Assembly (NCBI GenBank): GCA_963850215.1
Contig: CAWKKI010000006.1
Coordinates: forward strand, 5,535-69,534
Direction: 5' to 3'
Length of the DNA stretch: 64,000 nt
DNA from: an uncultured Actinomycetota bacterium
GTDB taxonomy: Bacteria; Actinomycetota; Actinomycetes; UBA12327
Every line of letters starts with the position of its first letter. Position 1 is the first letter of the stretch. Under the pieces are notes generated by a model that was not told the origin of the DNA, did no database searches, and saw only the letters and a list, made by a program, of their open reading frames with translations. Shown here piece by piece: positions 32,558-41,922 of the stretch. Position numbers and translations under genes: made by a program.

Positions 32558-33895
32558 GTGATGCGCGGCATGCCCTGGTCAGCGCGCGCGTATGTCACTG
32601 TGCTCGCGGTGATCGCGCTTGCGATCAACGCTGTCGCGGTCGGTCGTGTGCACCAGTGGTGGCCTGTTGCGGCTTTCGCTGTGCTTTACCTAGCGGCGCA
32701 CGTCATGCAGGTTTCGGCTGCGGGCCGAAGTGGCAGCAAGCTGTACCTCACTGTTAGCGAGCCTGTAGCGCTTGCCGCCTGCATCGCCCTTGGGCCCTGG
32801 GCGGCCGCGATCGTGGTGTCCATTTCGATCTTGGACTGGCATCCGGCGCCACTGAAGCGTCTGTTTAACGCGAGTCAGGCGGTGATTTTCACCGTGGCCG
32901 CCGGTGCCATGTACAACGCCCTTGGTGGGCCGCACGTGCTCACACCCAAGTCATTTCCGTCGGTGCTTCTGCCCACGCTCATCTCCGGTCTGACACTCGT
33001 CCTCGTCAATGCGATCCTCGTGGGCCTCGTGCTCGTTCTGGCGGAGGGGGCACGCCCGCTCGCGGTTATCCGTGACACGGTGTATCGACTTCCGGTTCCT
33101 GGCATCGCCTTCAGCCTGTTCGGCCTCCTCATCGCGGTCCTGTGGCAGGAGGTCGGTGTCGTCGCGCTGGCTCTGGTCCTGGTCCCGCTGCTCGCCGCGC
33201 GTTGGGCCATGGGTCAGTTCGCCGCGGAGCGCGACGCATACCAGTCAACGATTCGTTCGCTCGTGCAGGCGGTCGAGACCAAGGACGCCTACACGCGTGG
33301 TCACAGCGAACGAGTCGCCCGCGCGTCGGTGATGATCGCGCAAGTCATCGGGATGGATGACGACCGGACCAACGCAATCGAGTATGCGGGCACGCTGCAC
33401 GACGTCGGCAAGCTTGGGGTGCCAACGTCGGTCCTGCAGAAAACGGGCTCGCTCACAGACGAAGAATTCGCGGCGATCAAGTTGCACCCGGTTCGTGGAC
33501 ACGACATCGTGCGCGACATCCAGTTCCTCGATGAAGCACTCGAAGGCATCTACCACCACCACGAACGCATCGATGGCCGCGGCTATCCGATGGGCCTTAC
33601 CGGCGACCAGATCCCGGAGTTCGCCCGAGTGATCGCCGTCGCGGACGCCTTCGACTCCATGACCTCGACTCGTTCGTATCGCGGTGCGCGCACCATCGCG
33701 GACGCGATCGTTGAGCTTGATAGCTGCAAGGACACACAGTTCGATCCGGTGATGGTTGACGCGTTGGTGCTCGCGGTCGAGGCGACCGGATGGAACGCGG
33801 CTGTCGCCCCCACCGAGGCAGAGATTGCCGCTCAGAACGAACGATTCGCCGTCGACGACGACGACCCACTCCTCGATCTGAGGGCGGCGCAGTGA
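32558..33895 (+). CDS. Membrane-bound HD-GYP domain c-di-GMP phosphodiesterase
   Basis: Multi-TM N-terminus; KDAYTRGHSERV, LHDVGK, HPVRG, HHHERIDGRGYP and ADAFDSMTSTRSYR, all intact. Confidence 0.92.
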   Translation: MMRGMPWSARAYVTVLAVIALAINAVAVGRVHQWWPVAAFAVLYLAAHVMQVSAAGRSGSKLYLTVSEPVALAACIALGPWAAAIVVSISILDWHPAPLKRLFNASQAVIFTVAAGAMYNALGGPHVLTPKSFPSVLLPTLISGLTLVLVNAILVGLVLVLAEGARPLAVIRDTVYRLPVPGIAFSLFGLLIAVLWQEVGVVALALVLVPLLAARWAMGQFAAERDAYQSTIRSLVQAVETKDAYTRGHSERVARASVMIAQVIGMDDDRTNAIEYAGTLHDVGKLGVPTSVLQKTGSLTDEEFAAIKLHPVRGHDIVRDIQFLDEALEGIYHHHERIDGRGYPMGLTGDQIPEFARVIAVADAFDSMTSTRSYRGARTIADAIVELDSCKDTQFDPVMVDALVLAVEATGWNAAVAPTEAEIAAQNERFAVDDDDPLLDLRAAQ

Positions 33896-35184
33896 GCGCC
33901 ACGACCGCAGCGCCGAGGTTCGACGACCCAGGCTCGCGCGGCGTCTTCGTTGTCGGTGCCATTGCGGCGGTCCTGACCACCGCGTCGGTCGCCGCGATTG
34001 TGGTGCAGGGCTCACCCGACGTTGCTTGCGCTCTCGCGTTTTCCGCCTTCGTGGCCGTCGGCCAGTTCATGGCCTTGACCCTGCCGGGCGAGCGCGAAGT
34101 TGCTCCGGTCGCCATGGCCGCAGGTCTCGCCTTTGCGTTGGCTACCAACTTCGCTGGTCGACCACTTCACTACCAGGCCTATGAGGTCACGGCCTTTTTC
34201 GCGATCGCATCGTTGTTGGGCGTGCTTCCGCGGGTCTTCGTGGGCAGGACCCCTCGCATCGACGCGCTGTCCATCCGAGTCATCACGGTTGCCGTCACGG
34301 CATCGGCGTTTCGCGGCAGTCGAATCCATGCCGCCGTGGACCGGCTAAGTCCGACCGCTCTGGCCCTGTTCATGGTCTCGCTCGTGATCTGCGCGCTTCT
34401 CTTCGAAGCCGCGCTGTCGGCGGCGATTCGGGTCGGCTATACCCGCGCCCCCTATGTCCAGACCCTGAGTGACGGTTTGCGAGCCAGCTTTGGAATCGGA
34501 TCCGCGACCGGGTCCATCGCAGTGCTGATCGCCTTGTCGACCGGCGTGATGGGGTTCTGGTCGTTGCTCATCTTCTGTATTCCGCTGCTGCTTCTGCAGG
34601 TCTCGTTCAAGCGCTACGCATCGATTCGCGCGACCTACCGGCAGACGATCGGTGCTCTCGCCCGAGTAACCGAAGTCGGCGGCTACACCGAGAACGGCCA
34701 CTCGCGCCGGGTTTGCGACCTCTCGCTCACGGTGGGTCGCGAGCTGGGCATGTCCGAGGCGGACCTGCTCGATCTTGAGTACGCGGCGCTCATGCACGAC
34801 ATCGGGCAGATCTCGCTGAAGGAGCCGATCCCGGGTGGCGTTACCGTCACTGCGTCCTGGGAGGCGCAGCGCCGGATCGCCGAACTCGGTGCAACGGTCA
34901 TCAAGGAGACCGGCGTTCTCGATCGCGTTGCCGCGATCGTAGAGCGGCAGTCCGACCCCTACCGTCGACCGGGCCAGCAGGTCGATGAGACCCTTCCGCT
35001 GGCCGCGCGCATCATCAAGGTGGTCAATGCATTTGACGACCTCGTTGGCGGATCGGCCGACAGCGGACCACGCCTAGACGCGCTCGAACGACTTCGGATG
35101 GGCATGGCGTACGACTTCGACCCGCGGGTCGTCGAGGTATTGACCCGCGTGGTCGACCGCAACTTGCTGCTCAGCTCGGTCTGA
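33892..35184 (+). CDS. Membrane-bound degenerate HD-GYP-like protein
   Basis: Multi-TM N-terminus; GHSRRV and MHDIGQ are present, but HHE...GYP is replaced by ERQSDPY. GTG start overlaps the upstream TGA. Confidence 0.85.
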   Translation: MSATTAAPRFDDPGSRGVFVVGAIAAVLTTASVAAIVVQGSPDVACALAFSAFVAVGQFMALTLPGEREVAPVAMAAGLAFALATNFAGRPLHYQAYEVTAFFAIASLLGVLPRVFVGRTPRIDALSIRVITVAVTASAFRGSRIHAAVDRLSPTALALFMVSLVICALLFEAALSAAIRVGYTRAPYVQTLSDGLRASFGIGSATGSIAVLIALSTGVMGFWSLLIFCIPLLLLQVSFKRYASIRATYRQTIGALARVTEVGGYTENGHSRRVCDLSLTVGRELGMSEADLLDLEYAALMHDIGQISLKEPIPGGVTVTASWEAQRRIAELGATVIKETGVLDRVAAIVERQSDPYRRPGQQVDETLPLAARIIKVVNAFDDLVGGSADSGPRLDALERLRMGMAYDFDPRVVEVLTRVVDRNLLLSSV

Positions 35185-35259
35185 GGCAGGGACGCGGGGT
35201 CCTCGCGTGGTTTGATGGCGCTCACCCCCTTGTGATGGGTCCCACGAAGGAGAGCGCCA

Positions 35260-35475
35260 GTGGCCGAGGAGATCCACGCCGAGATGGTGGCGAACATCGC
35301 CAAGGTTGTCGTCGCGCCAGGTGATGCGGTCGAGGTCGGCGGCACTGTCGTGATCCTTGAATCCATGAAGATGGAGATCCCCGTCCTGGCCGAGAGTGGG
35401 GGGACTGTGCGCGAAGTGGCGGTCGCAGAAGGGGACGTTGTCCAGGAAGGCGACCTGCTCGTCGTCATCGACTAG
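35260..35475 (+). CDS. Stand-alone biotin/lipoyl carrier protein
   Basis: 71 aa with an ILESMKMEIPV biotinylation motif. Confidence 0.92.
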   Translation: MAEEIHAEMVANIAKVVVAPGDAVEVGGTVVILESMKMEIPVLAESGGTVREVAVAEGDVVQEGDLLVVID

Positions 35476-35510
35476 TAAAGATCCGGCTCTTTGGAGCCGA
35501 CATTCACCCG

Positions 35511-36602
35511 GTGAGCGCAGCCCCCGTGAGCTCAGTTGAGCCGTTCTTGCGTGCCCTGGTGGAGACCGGTGGCTCGGACCTGCACTGCAAGGTGGGCTCC
35601 CCGCCTCGCGTCCGGCTCGACGGTCGCCTGCGCAAGCTGCAGGCCGCATCGCTGACCCCGGTCGACACCGAGTCGATGGTCAACGAGGTCCTGCGCGAGG
35701 ACCTGCGTGAGGACTTCCTGCGGACCAACGAAGCCGACTTCGCCTACTCCATTCCGGGAGTGGGCCGCTTCCGCGTCAACGCCTTCCGCTCCCGTGGGGC
35801 GGCCGGTCTGGTCTTCCGGCGGGTCAGCATCGGCGCTATCCCGCTCGAAGACCTTGGCATGCCCCCGGTGTTGCAGTCGCTGGCCATGGAGCCACGCGGA
35901 CTGGTTCTCGTTACCGGTCCCACCGGATCGGGCAAGAGCACGACGCTTGCTGGCATGGTCGACTACATCAACAAGCACCGCGAGGTGCACATCGTCACCA
36001 TCGAAGACCCCATCGAGGTCATCCACGAAGACCAGATGTCGATGGTCAATCAGCGCGAGGTGCGGGTCGACACCGCGGACTTCGCGGTCGCACTACGTGC
36101 CGCGATGCGCCAAGACCCCGATGTCGTGCTCGTCGGCGAAATGCGCGATGCCGAGACCGTCAAGGCGGCGCTTGCCGCCGCGGAGACCGGCCACTTCGTC
36201 ATGTCGACTCTGCACACCACCGACGCGGAAGAGACCGTCAACCGCATCATCGACTTCTTCGCACCGCATGAGCAGAAGCAGGTGCGGATGGCACTCGCCG
36301 GCTCGCTGCGCGGCATCATCTGCCAGCGCCTTGTGCCACGCGCGGACCAGCTCGGTCGATGTGTCGCTACCGAGATCGCCATCAACACTGGTCGAGTGGC
36401 CGACGCCATCGTCGACCCCGACAAGACCTCGACCATCAACGAACTGATCCAAGAGGGCACGTTCTACGGGATGCAGACTTTCGACCAGCACCTCGTCGCA
36501 CTCATCCGCGACGGCGTCATCACTCTCGATGACGCCATGTTGGCCTCGACAAACCCGCACGACCTCACCGTCGAGCTCCGTCGCCTTGGCCTCGTCGCGT
36601 AG
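35511..36602 (+). CDS. pilT: Type IV pilus retraction ATPase PilT/PilU family
   Basis: GSDLH, GRFRVN, GPTGSGKSTT, TIEDPIE, RQDPDVVLVGEMRD, AETGH..STLH and GMQTFDQ motifs. Confidence 0.9.
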   Translation: MSAAPVSSVEPFLRALVETGGSDLHCKVGSPPRVRLDGRLRKLQAASLTPVDTESMVNEVLREDLREDFLRTNEADFAYSIPGVGRFRVNAFRSRGAAGLVFRRVSIGAIPLEDLGMPPVLQSLAMEPRGLVLVTGPTGSGKSTTLAGMVDYINKHREVHIVTIEDPIEVIHEDQMSMVNQREVRVDTADFAVALRAAMRQDPDVVLVGEMRDAETVKAALAAAETGHFVMSTLHTTDAEETVNRIIDFFAPHEQKQVRMALAGSLRGIICQRLVPRADQLGRCVATEIAINTGRVADAIVDPDKTSTINELIQEGTFYGMQTFDQHLVALIRDGVITLDDAMLASTNPHDLTVELRRLGLVA

Positions 36603-36623
36603 CGCTCACGTCTAACGCGCCCC

Positions 36624-36818
36624 CTACGGGCCGTCGATCTCTCCATGCTCGACGCACCGCGCGGTCCAACTGCCTGGTGTCACCTGGACCACCATTCGAC
36701 GCCCGCACTGGACGCAGTAGCGGGGTGGCTCAAGGTCGCGCGCCGCGATGCACCGGCTGTGATCAGCCGTCGCGTCATCGATGAATGACTTCCCGCAGCG
36801 GTCGCAGTAGTCGCCCAT
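36624..36818 (-). CDS. bsaP: Biotin synthase auxiliary protein BsaP-like (Cys/His-rich)
   Basis: [24 protein letters not shown] motif, downstream of bioB. Confidence 0.75.
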   Translation of the reverse strand: MGDYCDRCGKSFIDDATADHSRCIAARDLEPPRYCVQCGRRMVVQVTPGSWTARCVEHGEIDGP

Positions 36819-36849
36819 CACGCGAGGCGGTCAAGGCCGGGGCCAGTCA

Positions 36850-37386
36850 TCACAGCGCCAGACGCCAAGCGAGCAGATCCGTGCCCGGAACCGGACTCCA
36901 GTCGCGCTCCGGCAGCCGTTCGAACCCCATCCGCCGATAGAGGCGCTCTGCGGTGTCGTTGCCAGCGATCACGCTGATGACGAGGGCATGCGATCCGCGT
37001 TCGCGCGAACGAGTAATGCATGCCTCCACCAACGACTGCCCGACACCGCGACCCTGCGCTTTCGGATCGACGGCCAACATCCGAAACTCGGCCTCACTGC
37101 CCTCGGCGAGCTCGGTCATGGGGGAGCCGGGGAAGGTCAGGCGCACGGTGCCGATGACCTCGTCATCGGGCTCCACTGCGACCAGCACCTCTGCGATCTC
37201 GGCGTGCGATGCGGCATCGCGCAGGTAGTTCCCGTAGTCGGGATCGGTGCCGAGCACGTTGGAATCGGCGTAGGCCGCATACGTCAACTCGCCAGCCCGC
37301 GCGAGATCCTGCGGCTGCGCGATGCGGATCACCACATCGGGATCGCTCACAGCGTGTGTCTCGCTCATAGGGTTCGGATCGCTCAC
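36850..37386 (-). CDS. GNAT acetyltransferase
   Basis: [17 protein letters not shown] acetyl-CoA motif, A.RLYRRMGF. Confidence 0.9.
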   Translation of the reverse strand: MSDPNPMSETHAVSDPDVVIRIAQPQDLARAGELTYAAYADSNVLGTDPDYGNYLRDAASHAEIAEVLVAVEPDDEVIGTVRLTFPGSPMTELAEGSEAEFRMLAVDPKAQGRGVGQSLVEACITRSRERGSHALVISVIAGNDTAERLYRRMGFERLPERDWSPVPGTDLLAWRLAL

Positions 37387-38420
37387 AGCGTCTGAGACAG
37401 TGCCTTGACCGGCATCGCCAGATCACCGAGCAGCGCGAGGTCATCGGTCGCCGGGCGGCCGAGTGTCGTGAGGTAGTTGCCCACGATCACTGCGTTGATG
37501 CCGCCCAGCAGGCCGCCCCGAGTGCCCAGGTCGCCAAGAGTGATCTCACGACCACCTGCGAATCGCAGGATCGTTCGCGGCATGGCGAGCCGGAAGGCCG
37601 CGATCGTCCGCAGCGCGTCCTGGGCGTCCATGACCGGCAGCTCTCCGAACGGTGTGCCTGGACGAGGGTTGAGGAAGTTCAGCGGCACTTCGTGCGGCTG
37701 TAGGTCGGCGAGTTGCGCCGCGAACTCGGCGCGTTGCTCGACGGACTCGCCCATGCCGACGATGCCGCCGCAACAGACTTCCATGCCGGCGTCGCGCACC
37801 ATGGCGAGCGTCTCGTGTCGCTCCTCCCACGTGTGGGTCGTCACGACTTCGGGAAAGTAGGAGCGCGCCGTCTCGAGGTTGTGGTTGTAACGATGCACAC
37901 CCATGTCGGCGAGTGCATCCACTTGCTCCTGGGTGAGGATGCCGAGGGATGCGGCAACATTGATGGACACGGCCTCGTTGATCGCGGCGACCGCCTCGCG
38001 CATCTGCGTCATCAAGCGCTCGTCTGGCCCGCGCACGGCTGCGACGATGCAGAACTCGGTAGCACCGGTTGAGGCCGTCTCAATGGCCGCCGAGACGAGC
38101 GAAGGAATGTCCAGCCATGCGGCGCGAACGGGCGAGGTGAACTGACCCGACTGCGAACAGAAGTGGCAGTCCTCGGGGCAGCCGCCGGTCTTCACCGACA
38201 CGATGCCCTCGACCTCGACCTCTGGGCCGCACCACCGCATCCGCACCTCGTGCGCGAGCTGCAGCAGCGCGTCTAGTGAGTCGTCAGGGATCTGCAGGGC
38301 TTCGATCAGCGCGGCCTCGTCGAGGCCCACGCCTTGCTCAAGGACACGTTCGCGCGCATATGCGAGCAGGTCCTCTGGCGAGCGGCTATTGGACTTGATC
38401 TGCTCAGGAGCGGTGGTCAC
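37383..38420 (-). CDS. bioB: Biotin synthase
   Basis: [11 protein letters not shown] radical-SAM motif, [17 protein letters not shown] and VPLNFL. Start GTG 38420. Confidence 0.96.
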   Translation of the reverse strand: MTTAPEQIKSNSRSPEDLLAYARERVLEQGVGLDEAALIEALQIPDDSLDALLQLAHEVRMRWCGPEVEVEGIVSVKTGGCPEDCHFCSQSGQFTSPVRAAWLDIPSLVSAAIETASTGATEFCIVAAVRGPDERLMTQMREAVAAINEAVSINVAASLGILTQEQVDALADMGVHRYNHNLETARSYFPEVVTTHTWEERHETLAMVRDAGMEVCCGGIVGMGESVEQRAEFAAQLADLQPHEVPLNFLNPRPGTPFGELPVMDAQDALRTIAAFRLAMPRTILRFAGGREITLGDLGTRGGLLGGINAVIVGNYLTTLGRPATDDLALLGDLAMPVKALSQTL

Positions 38421-39120
38421 GGATGAAGTCTGCCGCATCGAACGAGCCGCCAAGGGAGCCGTCGACCCAGCCGATAGCGTGGCGACGGAAGGCAGCCTGG
38501 TCGAGTTGTCCGGCGCCTTCGGGAAGCACGCCGACAATCCGGGCGCCAATTCGGCTGATGTCGATGAGGTTGGACCGCTCAGCCAGGCCGGGTTCGCGTG
38601 GCCACGAGCCGATGACGACTCCTGCGCAGGTGACTTCGGCGGCGGCCAGAGCCTCAAGCGTTAACGCGATGTCGTTGAGAGTCCCGAGGGCAGCAAGGGC
38701 GACAACGAGGACCGGCCAGTCAAGGGCGGCCGCAAGTTCGCGCATCGACCAGACCGGGTCGTCGGCGAGGCGGACCAGGAGTCCCCCGGCACCTTCAACC
38801 AGCACATGATCGACATCGTTGGCAGTGGCGGCGAGCCGATCGGTGCAATCGGCGAGACCGAGTGTTGGCATGCCTGCGCGGCGCGCTGCGCTCGCGGGAG
38901 CCAACGGATCGGGGTACCTGACGTACTCATCAATTCGATCGACACCAGCCAGCTCACGAACGACGTCAAGGTCGCCGCGCTCATGTGGCTGAAGTCCGGT
39001 CTGCGCTGGCTTGACGACACAGACCGAATCTCCACGTGCGCTCCACGCGGCCGCGACCGCTGCAGTGGCGATGGTCTTGCCGATCTCGGTTCCCGTCCCG
39101 GACACAATGAGTCCGCTCAT
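38404..39120 (-). CDS. bioD: Dethiobiotin synthase
   Basis: [22 protein letters not shown] and LGTLN motifs. Confidence 0.95.
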   Translation of the reverse strand: MSGLIVSGTGTEIGKTIATAAVAAAWSARGDSVCVVKPAQTGLQPHERGDLDVVRELAGVDRIDEYVRYPDPLAPASAARRAGMPTLGLADCTDRLAATANDVDHVLVEGAGGLLVRLADDPVWSMRELAAALDWPVLVVALAALGTLNDIALTLEALAAAEVTCAGVVIGSWPREPGLAERSNLIDISRIGARIVGVLPEGAGQLDQAAFRRHAIGWVDGSLGGSFDAADFIRDHRS

Positions 39121-40268
39121 AGGTGCTTCACCCTGCGAGCAACGTCTGCCAGGGCTTCGGCGGCCAAGGCCATCTCCTCGTCCCCGAGGTTGGCCCGCGC
39201 GGTCAGGCGAAGCCGCGAGATGCCGTCGGACACTGACGGTGGACGAAAGACGCCTACCTGCGCGCCGTGCTGTCCGAAGATTTCGCCGGCCGCGACGGCG
39301 GCCTGCGGTGCTCCGATGTGCACCGCCGTAACGGCTGCAGCGGGCGTGGGAGCACGTAAGCCGTTGGCCTGCGCAGTCTGCGCGATCTCGATGGCTCGTT
39401 GGCGCGCGACCGCTGCACGTTGTGGCTGTGACTCGATGACTCCGATAGCCGCCAGCGCAGCACCGGCTGCTGCGGGGGCAAGACCGGTGTCGAAGATGAA
39501 GGTGCGGGCTGCATCGATGAGATGTGCGACCACCCGTTCGCTGCCGAGTACGGCGCCGCCTTGCGAACCGAGCGACTTCGACAGCGTGACGGTGAGGACG
39601 ACATCGGGTGCACCGGCCAGACCCGAATCGGCGGCGAGCCCGCGACCGCCCGCACCGACCACCCCGAGTGCGTGCGCCTCGTCAACCACGAGTACCGCGC
39701 CCTGTCGGAGACATGCTTCGTGCAGATCGTGCAGCGGCGCAGCATCACCGTCGACACTGAAGACTGCATCGGTGACCACGACGGCGCGTTGCTCGTCTCG
39801 TTCGGCGAGCAACGCCTCGACTGCTGCCGCGTCGCGGTGCGGTGAGATCGCGATCCGTGCACGCGAGAGCCTGCACGCGTCCACGATCGAGGCGTGGTTC
39901 AGCTCGTCCGACACGACCAGGTCGCCTTCAGCTGCGAGCGCCGCGATGGCGCCAAGGTTCGCCAGGTAGCCGGAGGAGAAAACGAGTGCAGCCTCGGCGC
40001 CGGTGAATCGCGCGAGCCGTTGCTCGAGTTCTGCGTGCAAACGAGTCGAGCCGGTCACCAGCCGAGAGCCGGTCGATCCCGCGCCCCAAGTGAGCGCAGC
40101 ATCGACGGCCCCCGCGACCACGTCAGGATGGCGGGCCAAGCCGAGGTAGTCGTTAGACGCAAAGTCGACCTGCGCCGCACCGGCTTCACGCGGGCGCACC
40201 GCGCGGCGCAGCCCCTCATGCCGGCGCTTCTCGGCTCGGTCGTCGAGCCACGCCAACGGGTCTGACAT
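39117..40268 (-). CDS. bioF: 8-amino-7-oxononanoate synthase
   Basis: SNDYLGL, GSRLVTG, SGYLAN, NHASIVD, DEAH and TLSKSLG motifs. Confidence 0.95.
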   Translation of the reverse strand: MSDPLAWLDDRAEKRRHEGLRRAVRPREAGAAQVDFASNDYLGLARHPDVVAGAVDAALTWGAGSTGSRLVTGSTRLHAELEQRLARFTGAEAALVFSSGYLANLGAIAALAAEGDLVVSDELNHASIVDACRLSRARIAISPHRDAAAVEALLAERDEQRAVVVTDAVFSVDGDAAPLHDLHEACLRQGAVLVVDEAHALGVVGAGGRGLAADSGLAGAPDVVLTVTLSKSLGSQGGAVLGSERVVAHLIDAARTFIFDTGLAPAAAGAALAAIGVIESQPQRAAVARQRAIEIAQTAQANGLRAPTPAAAVTAVHIGAPQAAVAAGEIFGQHGAQVGVFRPPSVSDGISRLRLTARANLGDEEMALAAEALADVARRVKHL

Positions 40269-41599
40269 CACCCGACGACCAAGCCAATGGATTCGGTGAT
40301 GACATCGACGATGGTGCGCAAGTCGTCGTCCCCGATTGCAAGTGGCGGCATGAGGACGACGACATCGCCGAGGTTGCGCGTCAACACCCCCCGCGACAGT
40401 GCCGCCTTACAAATCTCGAAGCCAGTGCGATCGCCTCGTGATGCGACCTCAATGCCCGTCATCGTGCCGACGCGTCGGATCTCAACGACCCCGGGGTGCG
40501 CCTCCAACGGAGCCAGCCACTCACCCAGACGCTCACCGATCTCGGCCGCGCGAGCGACCGTCCCGTGTGCCTGCATGAGGTCGAGATTCGCGATCGCGGC
40601 AGCAGCACACAACGGATTGGCTGTGTACGAGTGGCCATGGAAGAACGTCTTGCCTTCGGCCGGGTTACCCAGAAAAGCCTCATAGATCTCGTCGGTCGCG
40701 AGCACCGCGGACAGCGGTAGGTAGCCACCGGTGATGCCCTTGCCGCAGGTGATGAGGTCCGGCGAGATGCCTGCATGCTCGACCGCCCAGAACCGGCCCG
40801 TGCGCGCGACGCCAGTGGCGACCTCGTCGCAGATCAGGTAGGCGCCGAACTCCGTTGCCAACTCTCGGGCCGCCCGCACAAAGCTGACGTCATGGGACAG
40901 CATCCCGCCTGCCGCCTGCATGAGCGGTTCGATGACGATGGCGCACACTCGGTCGCCGTCGGCTCGCATCAAGGCACGCAGCTCGTCGCTGACCTCAGCC
41001 GCGCGATCCGTTGGTGACTGTCCGGTGGCACGAACGCCGGGCGAGGACACTGTTCGGGTCTGCAGCAAGATGTCGCGGTAGGTGTGGTGGAACAGTTCGA
41101 TGCCCCCGACGCTTACGGCACCGAGTGTGTCGCCGTGGTAGCCCTCGCTCACGTGGACGTACAAAGGCCGCACCTCACCACGCTGGCTCGCCGCTTGGTA
41201 AGCCATCTTCAACGCGGCCTCGACAGAGGATGCGCCGTCCCCGCCGAAGAATGCCTTCGTCAGTCCTTGGGGCGCCAACGCGACGAGTTTTTCGGCCAGC
41301 TCGATGCCGGGCTCATGTGTGGAGCCGAGGAAGGTCGAGTGGTCGAGCACATCGAGCTGGCGTTTGATCGCATCGTTGATCTCGGGCACGCAATGGCCGT
41401 GCACCGTGACCCACAGCGACGAGAACGCGTCGAGATATCGACGGCCCTCGGAGTCGATCAAGTACATGCCCTCACCGCGCGCCACCACCAACGGCTCGTC
41501 GTCGAGCCAAGCAGAGTGCTGAGTGAAGGGATGCCACACGGCTCGTGAGTCGCGGGCCAGCCATTCTTGCTTCGTGCTCTGATCGTTTGTCGTGGTCAT
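40268..41599 (-). CDS. bioA: Adenosylmethionine-8-amino-7-oxononanoate aminotransferase
   Basis: VWHPFTQ, SSLWVTVHGH, YHGDT, DEVATG, GKGITGGYLPL and FFHGHSY motifs. Confidence 0.95.
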   Translation of the reverse strand: MTTTNDQSTKQEWLARDSRAVWHPFTQHSAWLDDEPLVVARGEGMYLIDSEGRRYLDAFSSLWVTVHGHCVPEINDAIKRQLDVLDHSTFLGSTHEPGIELAEKLVALAPQGLTKAFFGGDGASSVEAALKMAYQAASQRGEVRPLYVHVSEGYHGDTLGAVSVGGIELFHHTYRDILLQTRTVSSPGVRATGQSPTDRAAEVSDELRALMRADGDRVCAIVIEPLMQAAGGMLSHDVSFVRAARELATEFGAYLICDEVATGVARTGRFWAVEHAGISPDLITCGKGITGGYLPLSAVLATDEIYEAFLGNPAEGKTFFHGHSYTANPLCAAAAIANLDLMQAHGTVARAAEIGERLGEWLAPLEAHPGVVEIRRVGTMTGIEVASRGDRTGFEICKAALSRGVLTRNLGDVVVLMPPLAIGDDDLRTIVDVITESIGLVVG

Positions 41600-41810
41600 C
41601 GTCGGCATCTTCCCAGACGGAGGCCCGAGCTGCTCCGAGGGCTCCGAGTGCTTCAGCATTCCGGCGGGGTGCCCAGCCCCCGCCCGGCCCACCGCCTTGC
41701 ATCGCGTCGAGTCGCGTTGCATCGCCGACCCGCTCGTCTGCATCGTTGCACTGTGCGTTGCGCATGTTGCAACGGATGCAATGCGTACCCCGTCGATGCA
41801 AGAGGACGGC

Positions 41811-41832
41811 GGGGGGGCGGGGCGGGGCGGGG
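41811..41832 (+). other. G-quadruplex-forming G-run tract
   Basis: GGGGGGG-C-GGGG-C-GGGG-C-GGGG in the bioA/pdtaS divergent intergenic region. Confidence 0.6.
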
Positions 41833-41922
41833 CGACGGCGCACCCGCGCGGCGAGCAGCGGCGCACGCTGACAGTGCCAGCGAGGGCCAACGAGCCGCGA
41901 GTGCCGGCGATACGCTGCCCAC

